This document shows positions 9,667 through 19,511 of a DNA stretch of 64,000 nt, in pieces (within the stretch, counting starts at the first letter, position 1; the number at the start of each line of letters is the position of its first letter). This DNA comes from Thermoplasmatota archaeon (GTDB taxonomy: Archaea; Thermoplasmatota; Thermoplasmata; UBA10834): contig CAWFTI010000003.1 of assembly GCA_963818745.1 (NCBI GenBank), positions 141,212 through 205,211 on the forward strand, read 5' to 3'. The notes under the pieces were generated by a model. It saw nothing but the letters and a program-made list of their open reading frames with translations. It had not been told where the DNA came from and did not search any database. The position numbers and the translations under genes were made by a program.

Positions 9667-11159
9667 ATGAGTGAAATGATGGAGAACGAGGCGGTCGCGG
9701 AACCCGTCAAGCAGACCAAAACCGCAGAGTCCGAGGAGAAGACGAAGGCCCCGGCGGAGGAGTTCCCCCTGCCGGCCTGGATCCCCGAGTGGGCGCGCGA
9801 TGCCCCGAAGATAGTCGTGAGGGCTCCGGGCCCGAAGAGCAAGGAGATCATCAAGATCGACAGGGACTACGTCTCGTACGCCTACGACAGGTGCTTCACA
9901 TTCACGATCGACAAAGCCGCGGGCGTGGCTGTCATGGACGCGGACGGCAACGTGCTGCTCGACTTCTCGTCCGGCATAGCAGTCATGAACGCGGGCTGGA
10001 CGCACTACAAGGTCACGAAGGCGATCCAGGAACAGGCGGGCAAGCTCATACACTCCATGGCGAACGACGCCTACTTCGACAAGGAGGCGTACTTCGCGAA
10101 GCTCCTGTCCGAGATATCCCCGGGCAAGGCCCTCAGGGGCACGTTCTTCGGGAACAGCGGCGCCGAGGCCGTCGAGGCCGCGATGAAGCTGTCCAGATAC
10201 TACACCCGCAGGACGGAGCACATAGCGTTCTTCGGGTCGTACCACGGCAGGATAGGCGCAGGGCTCGCGCTCACGAGCAAGCTGAAGCTCAGGTACAGCT
10301 ACGGCCCGATGTCACCTGGCATCATATTCACACCGTTCGCGTACTGCTACAGGTGCTCGTTCAAGCAGTCGTACCCGGAGTGCGGCATGTACTGCATGGA
10401 CTACTTCGAGAAGCAGGTCCTGCAGCTGGGCGGCACTACGGGCCAGATAGCATCCATCTTCGTCGAGCCGATCCAGGGCGAGGGCGGCTACGTCGTCCCG
10501 CCGAAGGAGTTCCTGCCGAGGCTGAGGCAGATATGCGACAACCAGCAGGCGCTTCTCGATATTCGACGAGGTTCAGACGGGCTTCGCGCGCACGGGCAAG
10601 ATGTTCGCGTGCGAGCACTTCAACACGATCCCGGACATACTCGTGCTCGGGAAGGCGCTCGGGGGCGGCGTGCCGCTCGGCGCGATCATAGCGAAGCACG
10701 ACATCATGAGGAAGTGGAGGCCGGGGTCCCACTCGTCCACCTTCGGAGGCAACGCGATCACGATGGCCGCGGGCCTGGCGCACGTGCAGGCGATCATAGA
10801 GGAGAACCTCGCCGACCGCGCGGCGAAGCTCGGCGAGTACGCCATGAAGCTGCTCAAGGAGATGGCAGCTGCGCAGGGAGATCATAGGCGATGTCAGGGG
10901 CAAGGGCCTGATGATCGGCGTCGAGCTCGTCAAGAACCAGTACACGAAGGAGCCTCACGAGGCGACGAACATCCAGGGCAAGTGCTGGAGGGCCGGCCTG
11001 ATGACGATAACCTCGGGCTTCTACGGCAACGTGTTCAGGATAGCGCCGCCGCTGTGCATATCGAAGGAGCTCCTCGAGAAGGGCTTCGAGATATTCGAGC
11101 AGGCCCTCAAGGACGAGGAGGAGTTCCTGAAGCTCGGGACTTCCTCGCCGCCGGGTTGA
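9667..11159 (+). pseudogene. Class-III (omega-type) PLP aminotransferase with an acidic ~45-aa N-terminal extension; two frame breaks as written
   Basis: Class-III blocks are present (GNSGAEAVEAAMKLSR; EPIQGEGGYVVPP; after a hop LIFDEVQTGFARTGKMFACEH; LGKALGGGVPLGA; SSTFGGN; after a hop GDVRGKGLMIGVEL). Breaks lie at ~10558 and ~10872-10876. Confidence 0.8.
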
Positions 11160-11235
11160 AGTCCCGGGATAGACTCATCGGCGAGGAGTAAGGAATACTA
11201 GCTCGTGCGGGCATATTGCCCCTGGGTGCTGGGAA

Positions 11236-11475
11236 GTGGATGCCCGCAAGGCCGACCAGGCGTTCGGGCTGATGCTGGTCCTGTCTTTCTCGCTGACTGC
11301 GACCATGACATTGCTGTGGGCACCTGGTTCGACTTCTGGATGCTCTCATCGCATCCTCATGTCCATCTGGGTTGGGTCGGTCGTCTTGTTCGTGGCGTCC
11401 TTCTCAGTGAAATTCGATCTGGCGGAGCTCCGAGTGCCTGTCGACAAGGCGCCGATAGCGTGGCGAGAGGGCTGA
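11236..11475 (+). CDS. Hypothetical small membrane protein
   Basis: 79-aa ORF with two hydrophobic segments (FGLMLVLSFSLTATMTLLW; MSIWVGSVVLFVASFSV). No family recognised. Confidence 0.25.
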   Translation: MDARKADQAFGLMLVLSFSLTATMTLLWAPGSTSGCSHRILMSIWVGSVVLFVASFSVKFDLAELRVPVDKAPIAWREG

Positions 11476-11625
11476 GGCGGACAGGCGGCAGGGTGGAGAC
11501 TGAGGTGAATCCGAAGTCGTCAGAGGGGATTCCTTCTGTCTCAGTGAGGCTGACATTCCGTCCGTCCCAGGCCGGCACCTGTGCGCGCGCAGGCATGGGC
11601 GTCTTCAACGGGATGGTCTGTGACG

Positions 11626-12486
11626 ATGATATCCGTGTTCATCTGGTACTTCAGCATCGCGGCGGCTGTCGCGACCTCCCACATCTTCCTGGGATCTATG
11701 CGCTACTCTGTGGATTCGCTTCTGCCCGCGATCAAGCGCATCGGGACGGATTCCCAGGCCGGTCGCGAGGTCGACATCCACTCGGCGCTCCTGGAAGGCC
11801 TGTCGGAGGCAAGGAGGCTTGGCGTCGGAGGCATACGAGGGTACGAGGTCAAACTACGAGGATGCCATTCTATTGGTCTTTGTTGGAGGCATCGTCGTGT
11901 TCATGATCTCCCTGGCCGGGGCGACGTCGGGATACGCCGACATTCTGCCCGAGCCAGTGAGTGGGGGTGATGCGATGGTTGTGTCCTTCTTGGCGGCCCT
12001 AGGGTTCACGGCCGCCGTCCTGTGGTTCGTGAGGCGGAGGTACAAGGCCATTCTGCTGCGACTCAAGGACTGGACACTTGACCTGGATGTCGCCTTCCAG
12101 ATGGAGCTGTCAGGAATTGCGCCAGTCGATTCCCAGAGGAGCACGATCGAGACCATGGCAGACGCATGGAAGGACCTGCCGTCGTGGTTGTCCGCTCGGA
12201 GGAAGTCGTCGGCCTACAGGGAACCTGGCACCTGGCTCCTGATCTTCGCTCTGCTGGGCGCATCGCTGGTCCCCCGTCATGGTGGGGGTGATGATGCTCT
12301 CGGAAGGGTCGGTCAACGGGGTGTTCCCTCTTGCTAGGTGGCTCGGCCCTCATCGGGTTCGCAGCATACATGTATGCGAGGTGGAGGAGGTCGAGTGACT
12401 CGGAAGATTCCAGGACGAAGCGCGAGTGGAGCGACCGCTCGAAGATGATGGACGATCTGTTCGGACGCCAGCTCATGGGGCCGTGA
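11626..12486 (+). pseudogene. Hypothetical multi-pass membrane protein; at least 3 frame breaks as written
   Basis: Protein-like hydrophobic segments are found in three frames (MISVFIWYFSIAAAVATSHIF...; ...ILLVFVGGIVVFMISLAG...FLAALGFTAAVLWFVRRRY...; ...LLGGSALIGFAAYMYARWRR...QLMGP*). The joins lie at ~11815, ~12270 (a C5 run) and ~12320. The start is uncertain. Confidence 0.3.
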
Positions 12487-12490
12487 CTTC

Positions 12491-12787
12491 GTGGTCGACC
12501 AGTCTCCTCCCGAACGGCCCGACCTGTATGTGGTCGCGCGCATGCTCGAGAGGCTCTGGCGCGAGAACGGGCCGATGCTTAAGACCCGCCTCCAGACCGC
12601 GTGCAACGTCAACTACGACGTCTTCAGGAAGTACCTCGCATGGATGCTCTCGAAGGGCCTCGTGTCTGTCCAGAACTGCGAGGACGGGCACGAGAGGGTG
12701 TCGCTCACTCCGAAGGGCGAGGAGTCGTACAGGAAGCTAGTCCAGTGGATAAGCGAGGTCATCCAGGGCAGGATGCCCGGCCAGTGA
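12491..12787 (+). CDS. Winged-helix DNA-binding protein (small archaeal wHTH)
   Basis: 98-aa ORF with a GTG start. LYVVARMLERLWRENGPMLKTRLQTACNVNYDVFRKYLAWMLSKGLVSVQ...VSLTPKGEESYRKL matches the helix-turn-helix plus wing pattern. Confidence 0.55.
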   Translation: MVDQSPPERPDLYVVARMLERLWRENGPMLKTRLQTACNVNYDVFRKYLAWMLSKGLVSVQNCEDGHERVSLTPKGEESYRKLVQWISEVIQGRMPGQ

Positions 12788-12826
12788 GTCCTGAACGCCC
12801 CCGCGGACGGATGGAAAGCGATTTAT

Positions 12827-13075
12827 ATGGCCAATCCATTGGGCGCGTTGATGGTAGAGACCGAAGGAGCCGAGTTCCAGAGGAAGGCCGCGCTTGCGTT
12901 CTTCGCGGGCCTGCTGATCCTCGGGATAGCCCTGTACTGGGGCTGGGCCCTCATGTACGACACATGGTACCCGTTCACCAGGGGCAACATCGGGATATAC
13001 ACTATCTACGTCCCGCTCATCGCCTTCGGGATAATCGGCATACTCCTCTACAAGAAGAAGCCAGCAAAGGCTTGA
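12827..13075 (+). CDS. Hypothetical small membrane protein (2 TM)
   Basis: 82-aa ORF with AALAFFAGLLILGIALYWGWAL and IYTIYVPLIAFGIIGILLY, ending in a KKKPAKA tail. Confidence 0.45.
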   Translation: MANPLGALMVETEGAEFQRKAALAFFAGLLILGIALYWGWALMYDTWYPFTRGNIGIYTIYVPLIAFGIIGILLYKKKPAKA

Positions 13076-13091
13076 TGCCCATCCGTCTTCT

Positions 13092-14492
13092 CTACATCGA
13101 TTTCGCGAGGTAGACGGGCGTTTCGACCGGCTTGCCGCACACGACGCATCCGCCGTCGTACTTCTCGCCTTCGATGGGCGTGCCGAGGATGTTCCTGTCG
13201 GCCCGGGTCTCGATCTCCTTGCCGCAGTCCTCCCCGCCGCACCAGCCGGTCCTGAGCCACTTGTTCTGCGGGATATCGTCGAGCGAGCTGATCGTGGCGA
13301 TGTTGGAGTCCATGTACTTCTGCGCCCGCTCTAGCATCTCCTTCCCGATGAGCGAGAGCATGTCCTTGACATCCTTGACCGCGTGCGCCCGGTCCTTCTG
13401 GGACTTCTCGCCCGTGTCCCTCCTCACGAAGGTCACCACATGCTTCTCCAAATCCCTCATGCCCAGCTCCAGCCTCAGGGGGACTCCCTTGAGCTCCCAG
13501 TCGAAGTACTTCGCACCGGGTCGGACATCTCTCTCGTCTATGTGAACCCTGACACCGGCGGCCTTGAGCTCCTCATGGAGCTTCCGCGCCTCCGCCGAGA
13601 CCTTCTCGGTCTCGCCCTTGGACAGCACGGGCACTATGACGACCTGGTTCGTGGCCACATCCGGAGGAAGCACGAGCCCCTTGTCGTCCCCGTGGATGGC
13701 GACGATCGCCCCCACTAGCCTCTCGCTCATGCCGTAGGTCGTCTGGTGGCAGTACCTGTGCTCTCCCTTCTCGTCCTCGTACTTTATCTCGTACGGCTTC
13801 GAGAAGTTCTCCTTGTACTCGTGGATCGAGCCCAGCTGCAGGCTCCTGCCGTCGGGCAGGAGGGTGTCGATGCCGACGGTGTAGAACGCGCCCGGGAACT
13901 TGTCCCAGTCCGTCCTCTTCAGCAGCCTGTACGGGATGCACCACTTCTTGCTCAGGCGGCCCATGATCTCGTAGTCCTCCCTGCACTGCCTCTCTGCGTC
14001 CTCGAAGTCGGCGTGGCAGGTGTGCGATTCGAAGAAATGTATCTCCCTGACCCTGATGAACGCCCTCGTCTGCTTCGTCTCGTACCTGAATGTGTTCACG
14101 ATCTGGTAGGTCTTGAGCGGCAGGTCCGCGTGCGACCTGACCCAGAGCGCGAACATCGGGTACATGGCCGTCTCGCTGGTCGGCCTCAGCAGGAGCTTGA
14201 CGTCCAGCTTGTTCAGGCCAGCGTGCGTGACCCAGAAGACCTCCGAGTCGAACCCCTTGATGTGCTCCTTCTCCTTCGCGAACTGGTCCTCGGGTATGAG
14301 CAATGGGAAGCAGACCTCGTTGTGGTTCGTCGAATCGAACTCGTGGCGGATGTGCGAGTCGATGGCCTGCATGATCTTCCAGCCGTAGGGCGTCCAGACG
14401 TTCATGCCCTTGATCGGGTAGCGCTTGTCCGTCAGGTTCGCCTTCTCGACTATCTCGTTGTACCACTCGCTGAAGTCTTCCGCCTTCTTCAT
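13092..14492 (-). CDS. proS: Prolyl-tRNA synthetase (archaeal/eukaryote-like type)
   Basis: 466-aa intact ORF starting MKKAEDFSEWYNEIVEKANL. It has class-II motifs (FRYETKQTRAFIRVREIHFFESH; GRSLQLGSIHEYKENFSK; YGMSERLVGAIV) and the C-terminal Zn-binding tail (GWCGGEDCG...CVVCGKP). Confidence 0.92.
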   Translation of the reverse strand: MKKAEDFSEWYNEIVEKANLTDKRYPIKGMNVWTPYGWKIMQAIDSHIRHEFDSTNHNEVCFPLLIPEDQFAKEKEHIKGFDSEVFWVTHAGLNKLDVKLLLRPTSETAMYPMFALWVRSHADLPLKTYQIVNTFRYETKQTRAFIRVREIHFFESHTCHADFEDAERQCREDYEIMGRLSKKWCIPYRLLKRTDWDKFPGAFYTVGIDTLLPDGRSLQLGSIHEYKENFSKPYEIKYEDEKGEHRYCHQTTYGMSERLVGAIVAIHGDDKGLVLPPDVATNQVVIVPVLSKGETEKVSAEARKLHEELKAAGVRVHIDERDVRPGAKYFDWELKGVPLRLELGMRDLEKHVVTFVRRDTGEKSQKDRAHAVKDVKDMLSLIGKEMLERAQKYMDSNIATISSLDDIPQNKWLRTGWCGGEDCGKEIETRADRNILGTPIEGEKYDGGCVVCGKPVETPVYLAKSM

Positions 14493-14542
14493 GTGATGCT
14501 CACGAATCCTCGGGTCCCATATCTAGGTTTCGTCGCCTGAGG

Positions 14543-15397
14543 TCAGTCCTTGGCCATCTTGGCTATCTGCGGGGCGACGCTGACCGCGGTCGTCTCATTT
14601 TCTATCGTATCCGTTGAATATATCTCGTCGCAGACGCGCCTGAGCCTGTCGAGGGCGTTGTTGGCGAATACGGCGTGCGTGCACGCGGCAGCGATCTTCT
14701 TCGCGCCTTGCTTCTTCAGCTGCTCCGCCGCCTTGACTATGGTGTTGCCCGTGGATATGATGTCGTCGACGATCGCGACGTACTTCCCCTTGACATCCAG
14801 GGACTTCGGGGTCATCTTGACCGTCTCGCCGTCGAGCCGCTCCTTGACGAGGTAGTCTGCCTCGCAGCCGACCACGTCCGCGATGCGCTTGGCGTTGTCC
14901 CACCGCCCCTCGTCCGGGGACAGGATCATCTGCACGCCCTGCGCCCTGAGGAACTTGCCCATCTCGGGGTACGCGCACACGTTCTTCGCGGAGACGTCCT
15001 CGAACCAGTCGATGACGCTGGGCGCGTGGACGTCCACGGTCATGAACTCGTCCGTCTGGGTCTGTATGAGGCGCGCGATCGCACGCGCGCTTATCGGCTC
15101 GCCGGGCTTGAACTGCTTGTCCTGCCGCGCGTAGCCGAAGTACGGGACGACCGTCGTGAGTGAAGACACATCGTACTCCCGGACCGCGTCCTGGAGCAGG
15201 AACAGCTCGATGATGTTCTTGTCGGGCCAAGTCGTCTGCAGGATGAAGACGTCCTCGCCGTCCAGGTCCTCGTCGATCCTCACGTAGCACTCGTCATCCG
15301 GGAACCGCTTGATCTCGGTCTTCGCGAGCTTCGCCTTGAGGCTCTTGGCCAGCTCCTTCGAAAGCCTCTGCGACGCTGATCCTGCAACGACGAACAT
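14543..15397 (-). CDS. prs: Ribose-phosphate pyrophosphokinase
   Basis: Begins MFVVAGSASQRLSKELA. It contains TVVPYFGYARQDK and the PRPP-binding loop VAIVDDIISTGNT. The ORF-track start at 15958 is an upstream shadow extension. Confidence 0.9.
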   Translation of the reverse strand: MFVVAGSASQRLSKELAKSLKAKLAKTEIKRFPDDECYVRIDEDLDGEDVFILQTTWPDKNIIELFLLQDAVREYDVSSLTTVVPYFGYARQDKQFKPGEPISARAIARLIQTQTDEFMTVDVHAPSVIDWFEDVSAKNVCAYPEMGKFLRAQGVQMILSPDEGRWDNAKRIADVVGCEADYLVKERLDGETVKMTPKSLDVKGKYVAIVDDIISTGNTIVKAAEQLKKQGAKKIAAACTHAVFANNALDRLRRVCDEIYSTDTIENETTAVSVAPQIAKMAKD

Positions 15398-15512
15398 CTT
15401 ATCGATTGCGGGGAATGTTGTCCCCTCTCTTATATCTTGACGGCTCGCGACTCTGGCGCTGCTCTGCGAAAGCATTAATAGAAGAGATTTGCATAATAGG
15501 GAATCAGATGGG

Positions 15513-17114
15513 ATGCATTTGAACGAGGGCACCGACCAGTTGTACCTATCATCGCACGGGGCCGAGTCAGAGTTGAGCCCCGGCGTTCCAGAAGCGCATG
15601 CCGCGCCGGAGCCGAAGAAGGAATCGCGGGCATCGAAGAAGAAATCGCACGAGGGCCTGACCCCTGTCGGCATGATATACGGCAATGTCGGCACCCTGAC
15701 ATTCAACGTCGGCGTTACTGCTCCCCTCGAGAAGCTGGAGTACGTCCAGGTCAAGCACGAGACCATCGGCTGGGTCCTCGGACAGGTGAGCGAGGTCGAG
15801 CGCAGGACGAACCTCACGACCAGCGGAGTAGAGACGATGATGAAGGGCACGTCCGTGCCGATAGACGAGAAGGAGATCGCCATAGTCGCTGTCATCGGGT
15901 ACAGGGACGACAGGAACCTGCTCCAGTCGCCCCGGACGCCCATGAGGGCCGGCGACACGGTCTATAGGGCAGATGAGGACCTCATCAGGAACGTCGTGGG
16001 CATCAAGGATCACAGCTCGACGGGCGCGTACATCGGGCTCCTGTCCGGGCACGACATCAGGGTCGAGCTGGACATCAACCTCCTGGTCCAGAAGCACGTG
16101 TGCATACTGAGCAAGACCGGCGGCGGCAAATCGTACTGCTCGGGCGCTCTCGTCGAAGAGATGATGAAGCACGGCGTGACCGTGTGCGTCATCGACCCGC
16201 ACGGCGAGTACTCCGCGATGAGGCACAAGGGCTCGATCCCCAAGACCAGCCGCGATTTCGGCGTCACCCCGAAGGGCTACGACGACAAGATAAACGAGTT
16301 CGCGACCGACACGAACACGAACAAGGACGCGAAGCCCCTGAAGTTCACGCTGCACAACCTCGACGCGAGGGAGATCCTCGGGCTCACGAACATCAAGAAC
16401 GTGAGGTCGTACCTCACGATGCTGAGGAAGGCCGTCGAGATTCTCAAGGAGACCAAGGACAACTTCTCGCTCAAGGACGTCATATCGGTGCTGGAGGCCA
16501 GTGACGAGGCCAACAGCGGGCCGCTGATCTCCGAGCTCGAGTACCTCAACGAGATAGACGTGTTCGCGGAGCAGGGCACGAAGATAGACGAGCTGATACA
16601 GAAGGGCAAGACGACGATCGTCAACCTCAGGGGGACGCCCCCGGACATACAGGAGCTGATCGTGAACAGGGTCGGGAACGCGCTGTTCGAGCTCCGGAAG
16701 GTCGGCAAGGTCCCGCCCATGATGCTCGTGGTCGAGGAGGCGCACAACTTCTGCCCGCAGGTGGGCTCCGTCGCGTGCTCCAAGATATTCAGGACGATCG
16801 CCTCCGAGGGCAGGAAGTTCGGGCTCGGTCTGCTGGTGATATCCCAGAGGCCGGCGAAGATCGACAAGAACGTGCTGAGCCAGTGCAACACGCAGATCAT
16901 ACTCAAGGTCACCAACCCCAACGATGTGAAGGCCATCTCGGCGTCGATCGAAGGGCTCACGGACGGCATGGAGGAGGAGATGCAGCGCCTGCCGATAGGG
17001 ACCGGGATAATCACCGGCGGCGGCGTCTCGATGCCCTTGTTCGTCGAGATACGTCCGAGGGAGTCGAAGCACGGCGGAGAGAGCGTCGAGGTCATCCCGT
17101 CTAAAAGGATGTGA
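15513..17114 (+). CDS. HerA-like (DUF87) hexameric ATPase with a low-complexity N-terminal leader
   Basis: An N-terminal barrel-like region is followed by Walker A (ILSKTGGGKSY) and Walker B (PMMLVVEEAHNF), then ASEGRKFGLGLLVISQRPAKID. The start could also be the Met at 15672. No NurA-like gene lies nearby. Confidence 0.8.
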   Translation: MHLNEGTDQLYLSSHGAESELSPGVPEAHAAPEPKKESRASKKKSHEGLTPVGMIYGNVGTLTFNVGVTAPLEKLEYVQVKHETIGWVLGQVSEVERRTNLTTSGVETMMKGTSVPIDEKEIAIVAVIGYRDDRNLLQSPRTPMRAGDTVYRADEDLIRNVVGIKDHSSTGAYIGLLSGHDIRVELDINLLVQKHVCILSKTGGGKSYCSGALVEEMMKHGVTVCVIDPHGEYSAMRHKGSIPKTSRDFGVTPKGYDDKINEFATDTNTNKDAKPLKFTLHNLDAREILGLTNIKNVRSYLTMLRKAVEILKETKDNFSLKDVISVLEASDEANSGPLISELEYLNEIDVFAEQGTKIDELIQKGKTTIVNLRGTPPDIQELIVNRVGNALFELRKVGKVPPMMLVVEEAHNFCPQVGSVACSKIFRTIASEGRKFGLGLLVISQRPAKIDKNVLSQCNTQIILKVTNPNDVKAISASIEGLTDGMEEEMQRLPIGTGIITGGGVSMPLFVEIRPRESKHGGESVEVIPSKRM

Positions 17115-17116
17115 GG

Positions 17117-17419
17117 ATGCCAGCCAAGGGGACGACGATAACCGAGGAGCGGGTCGAGAGGTACATCAGCATCACCGCCGAGGCCCTGTCGAAGCTCAAG
17201 ATCGCCGCGCCCGAGAGGTCGTTCAACCGGAAGGTGGCCGACGATTTCCTCAAGATGGCGAGGGCGTACTTCGAGGACGCCAAGGATTTCTTCAGGAAGG
17301 GCGACCTCGTCAACGCGTTCGCGTGCGTGAACTACGCGCACGGGTGGCTGGACAGCGGCGCGCGGATAGGATTGTTCGATGTAGGATGCGACGACAGGCT
17401 GTTCACATTGTTCGAGTGA
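17117..17419 (+). CDS. DUF357-family protein
   Basis: ARAYFEDAKDFFRKGDLVNAFACVNYAHGWLDSGARIGLFDV is the hallmark helical hairpin of archaeal DUF357. The start lies within 2-6 nt of the upstream ATPase stop, which suggests translational coupling. Confidence 0.7.
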   Translation: MPAKGTTITEERVERYISITAEALSKLKIAAPERSFNRKVADDFLKMARAYFEDAKDFFRKGDLVNAFACVNYAHGWLDSGARIGLFDVGCDDRLFTLFE

Positions 17420-17429
17420 ACGGTCAAGG

Positions 17430-18290
17430 TCACAGCATCTTCGGGCCCTGGGTGTCCACCTTGCATGTGAAGACCTGCCCGAACTCCGAGAGCGCGTCCT
17501 TGAGCTGGTCTGTCTTTCCCACAGCGAATACCGAGTTGCCGAGCATGGACATGCTCGCCATGCCGTGACCGGATGCCGCCTCGATCGCCTCGACGACCTC
17601 GTCCGAGGCCAGTCCGGATTCCATGCAGAACGAGAGTGAGAGCGTCATCAGCCTCTCAAGCGTCGGTGTCCGGAGCAGTTCGTCCACCCTCTTGGAGCCG
17701 TGGGCGTTGATGGCCCTCGCCTTGACAGGGTCGCTCAGGACGGACTTCGTCAGAAGCCGCTCGCCGACGACTGCCAGGACCATGTCGGGGGAGCCGTCGA
17801 TCCTGTGGACCTTGCCTATCGGCGGCAGCCCCGGCTTCTCCCGGATGGTAATGCCCCCTCTGTGGATCGCGGACACGTCTCCTAGACCGCACCCGCATTC
17901 TATCTCCGCCATGTGCGCGGCCTCGAACGCCCTCTGCCTTTCGAGGCCGAGGATGTGCGCGGTGGCGAGGGCCGCGGAGAGTGATCCTGCGGCGCTCATC
18001 CCGAAACCCTGGCTCTGGGGCAGCTGCAGCACGGTCCTGACCTCGACCTTCTTCTTGTCCTTGTCGATCAGGTGCCTGAGGACTGCCCGCGTGACCTCGG
18101 CTCGGTTCCTCTCTCCGTCGATGAAAACCCTGAAATCCTGCCTGTCGGAGTCGGCGATCTCGACCTCTGAGGTCGCGCCGAGGGCGAGGCACATGCCTGC
18201 GCCCCTCGACCCGGTCGAGAGCAGGTCCTCTTTCCTGCAGATCTCGAAGAATCCTGTGATGTGACCTGGACAGAACGCCCTGGCCCTCAT
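17430..18290 (-). CDS. Pantoate kinase (archaeal CoA pathway, GHMP-kinase fold)
   Basis: The N-terminus is AFCPGHITGFFEI. A GHMP motif is present (LPQSQGFGMSAAGSLSAALA). The gene lies immediately downstream of coaBC with overlapping stop and start. Confidence 0.75.
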   Translation of the reverse strand: MRARAFCPGHITGFFEICRKEDLLSTGSRGAGMCLALGATSEVEIADSDRQDFRVFIDGERNRAEVTRAVLRHLIDKDKKKVEVRTVLQLPQSQGFGMSAAGSLSAALATAHILGLERQRAFEAAHMAEIECGCGLGDVSAIHRGGITIREKPGLPPIGKVHRIDGSPDMVLAVVGERLLTKSVLSDPVKARAINAHGSKRVDELLRTPTLERLMTLSLSFCMESGLASDEVVEAIEAASGHGMASMSMLGNSVFAVGKTDQLKDALSEFGQVFTCKVDTQGPKML

Positions 18291-19482
18291 CAGACCATCC
18301 TTGCGGCGCTGTCGATGATCTTGTCAGCCACCTGGGACTTCGTGCCCTCGAGCGCCTCGGTGGACCCGTCCTTGTCGACGATGGTCACGCGGGTCCTGCC
18401 GCGCTTGACGTCCTCGACCAGGTTGGCGACGACGAACGAGCACTTGGCCCTCTTGATCAGGACTCAGACGCTTCTCTGATGAGGGCGTCCTCGGAGATTC
18501 CCGCCTGGGCCTTGAACCCGACAACGACCTTCGCCCTGATCCTGTCGATCAGCTTCGGGTTCCTCTTGAGCGTGATGGTGAGCCGGTCCTTGTCGGAGGG
18601 TATCTTGCCGTTGACCTTCTCGGGCGAGTAGTCTGAGACCGCCGCGGGGAAGAACACGATGTCGTGCTTGACCTTCTTCAAAAGGCCCGCCAGGTCTCTG
18701 AAGCTGCCGAACCTAGTCGTGTTGAGGAAGCTGGGTATGGGCGTGTCGCACCTCCCCATCCAGAGGTCCACGGTCGCGCCCCTCTCGTAGGCTGCCCTGG
18801 CGAGCTCGACGCCCGTCTCCCCGGAGCTCCTGTTGGTCACCATTCTGATGTCGTCGATCGGCTCCTCGGTGGCGCCTGCGATGACGAGCACCTTCCTCCC
18901 CCTGAGGTCCCCCTTGCCAACGCGGGTGATGACCTCGGAGACGATGTGGTCGATGTCCGGCATCTTCGCCTTCGATTCTTCCATCCTCGGCTCGAGCACC
19001 ACGACCCCGTGCTTCGCGAGCTTGTCGATGTTCTCGCGGACGATCTTGTGGTTCATCATCGAGCCGTGCATCGCGGGGACGATGATGACCGGCATGTTGT
19101 TCCCGAGCGCGGTCGTGGCGAAGGTGGTCACGGGCGTGTCGTCGATGCCGCATGCGATCTTGGATATGGTGTTAGCGGTCGCTGGGGCGATGATGTACAG
19201 GTCCGCTCGATCCGGGACCTCTCCGCACAAGGCTACGTGCTGGACCCCGCCGTCTATCTGCGTGGTCACGGGCCTGCCGGAGGCGAACTCGAGCGTCCAA
19301 GGATGGACGATCTGCTGGGCGTCCTTCGACATGACGACGTGGACCACCGCGCCGTGCCTTATCAGCTCCCGGCACAGCTTGACGGTCTCGACGGCAGCGA
19401 TGCTGCCGGTCACGCCCAGGACTATCTTGCGTCCCTTCAGTTTGTCGCTCTTCGTGCCTCTCAAATGATCCGCGGGGTGCAT
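18290..19482 (-). pseudogene. coaBC: Bifunctional phosphopantothenoylcysteine decarboxylase/synthetase CoaBC; one frame break as written
   Basis: The flavoprotein N-domain (KIVLGVTGSIAAVETVKLCRELIRHGA...PATANTISKIACGIDD) and the synthetase domain (VIAGATEEPIDDIRMVTNRSSG) are both present. The C-terminus (LIKRAKCSFVVANLVEDVKRG...KIIDSAARMV*) is in another frame. The join lies at ~18460 and looks like a 1-nt deletion in a C run on the coding strand. Confidence 0.85.
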
Positions 19483-19511
19483 GTCATCACTTCCGAGGTT
19501 GTCACAACCGC

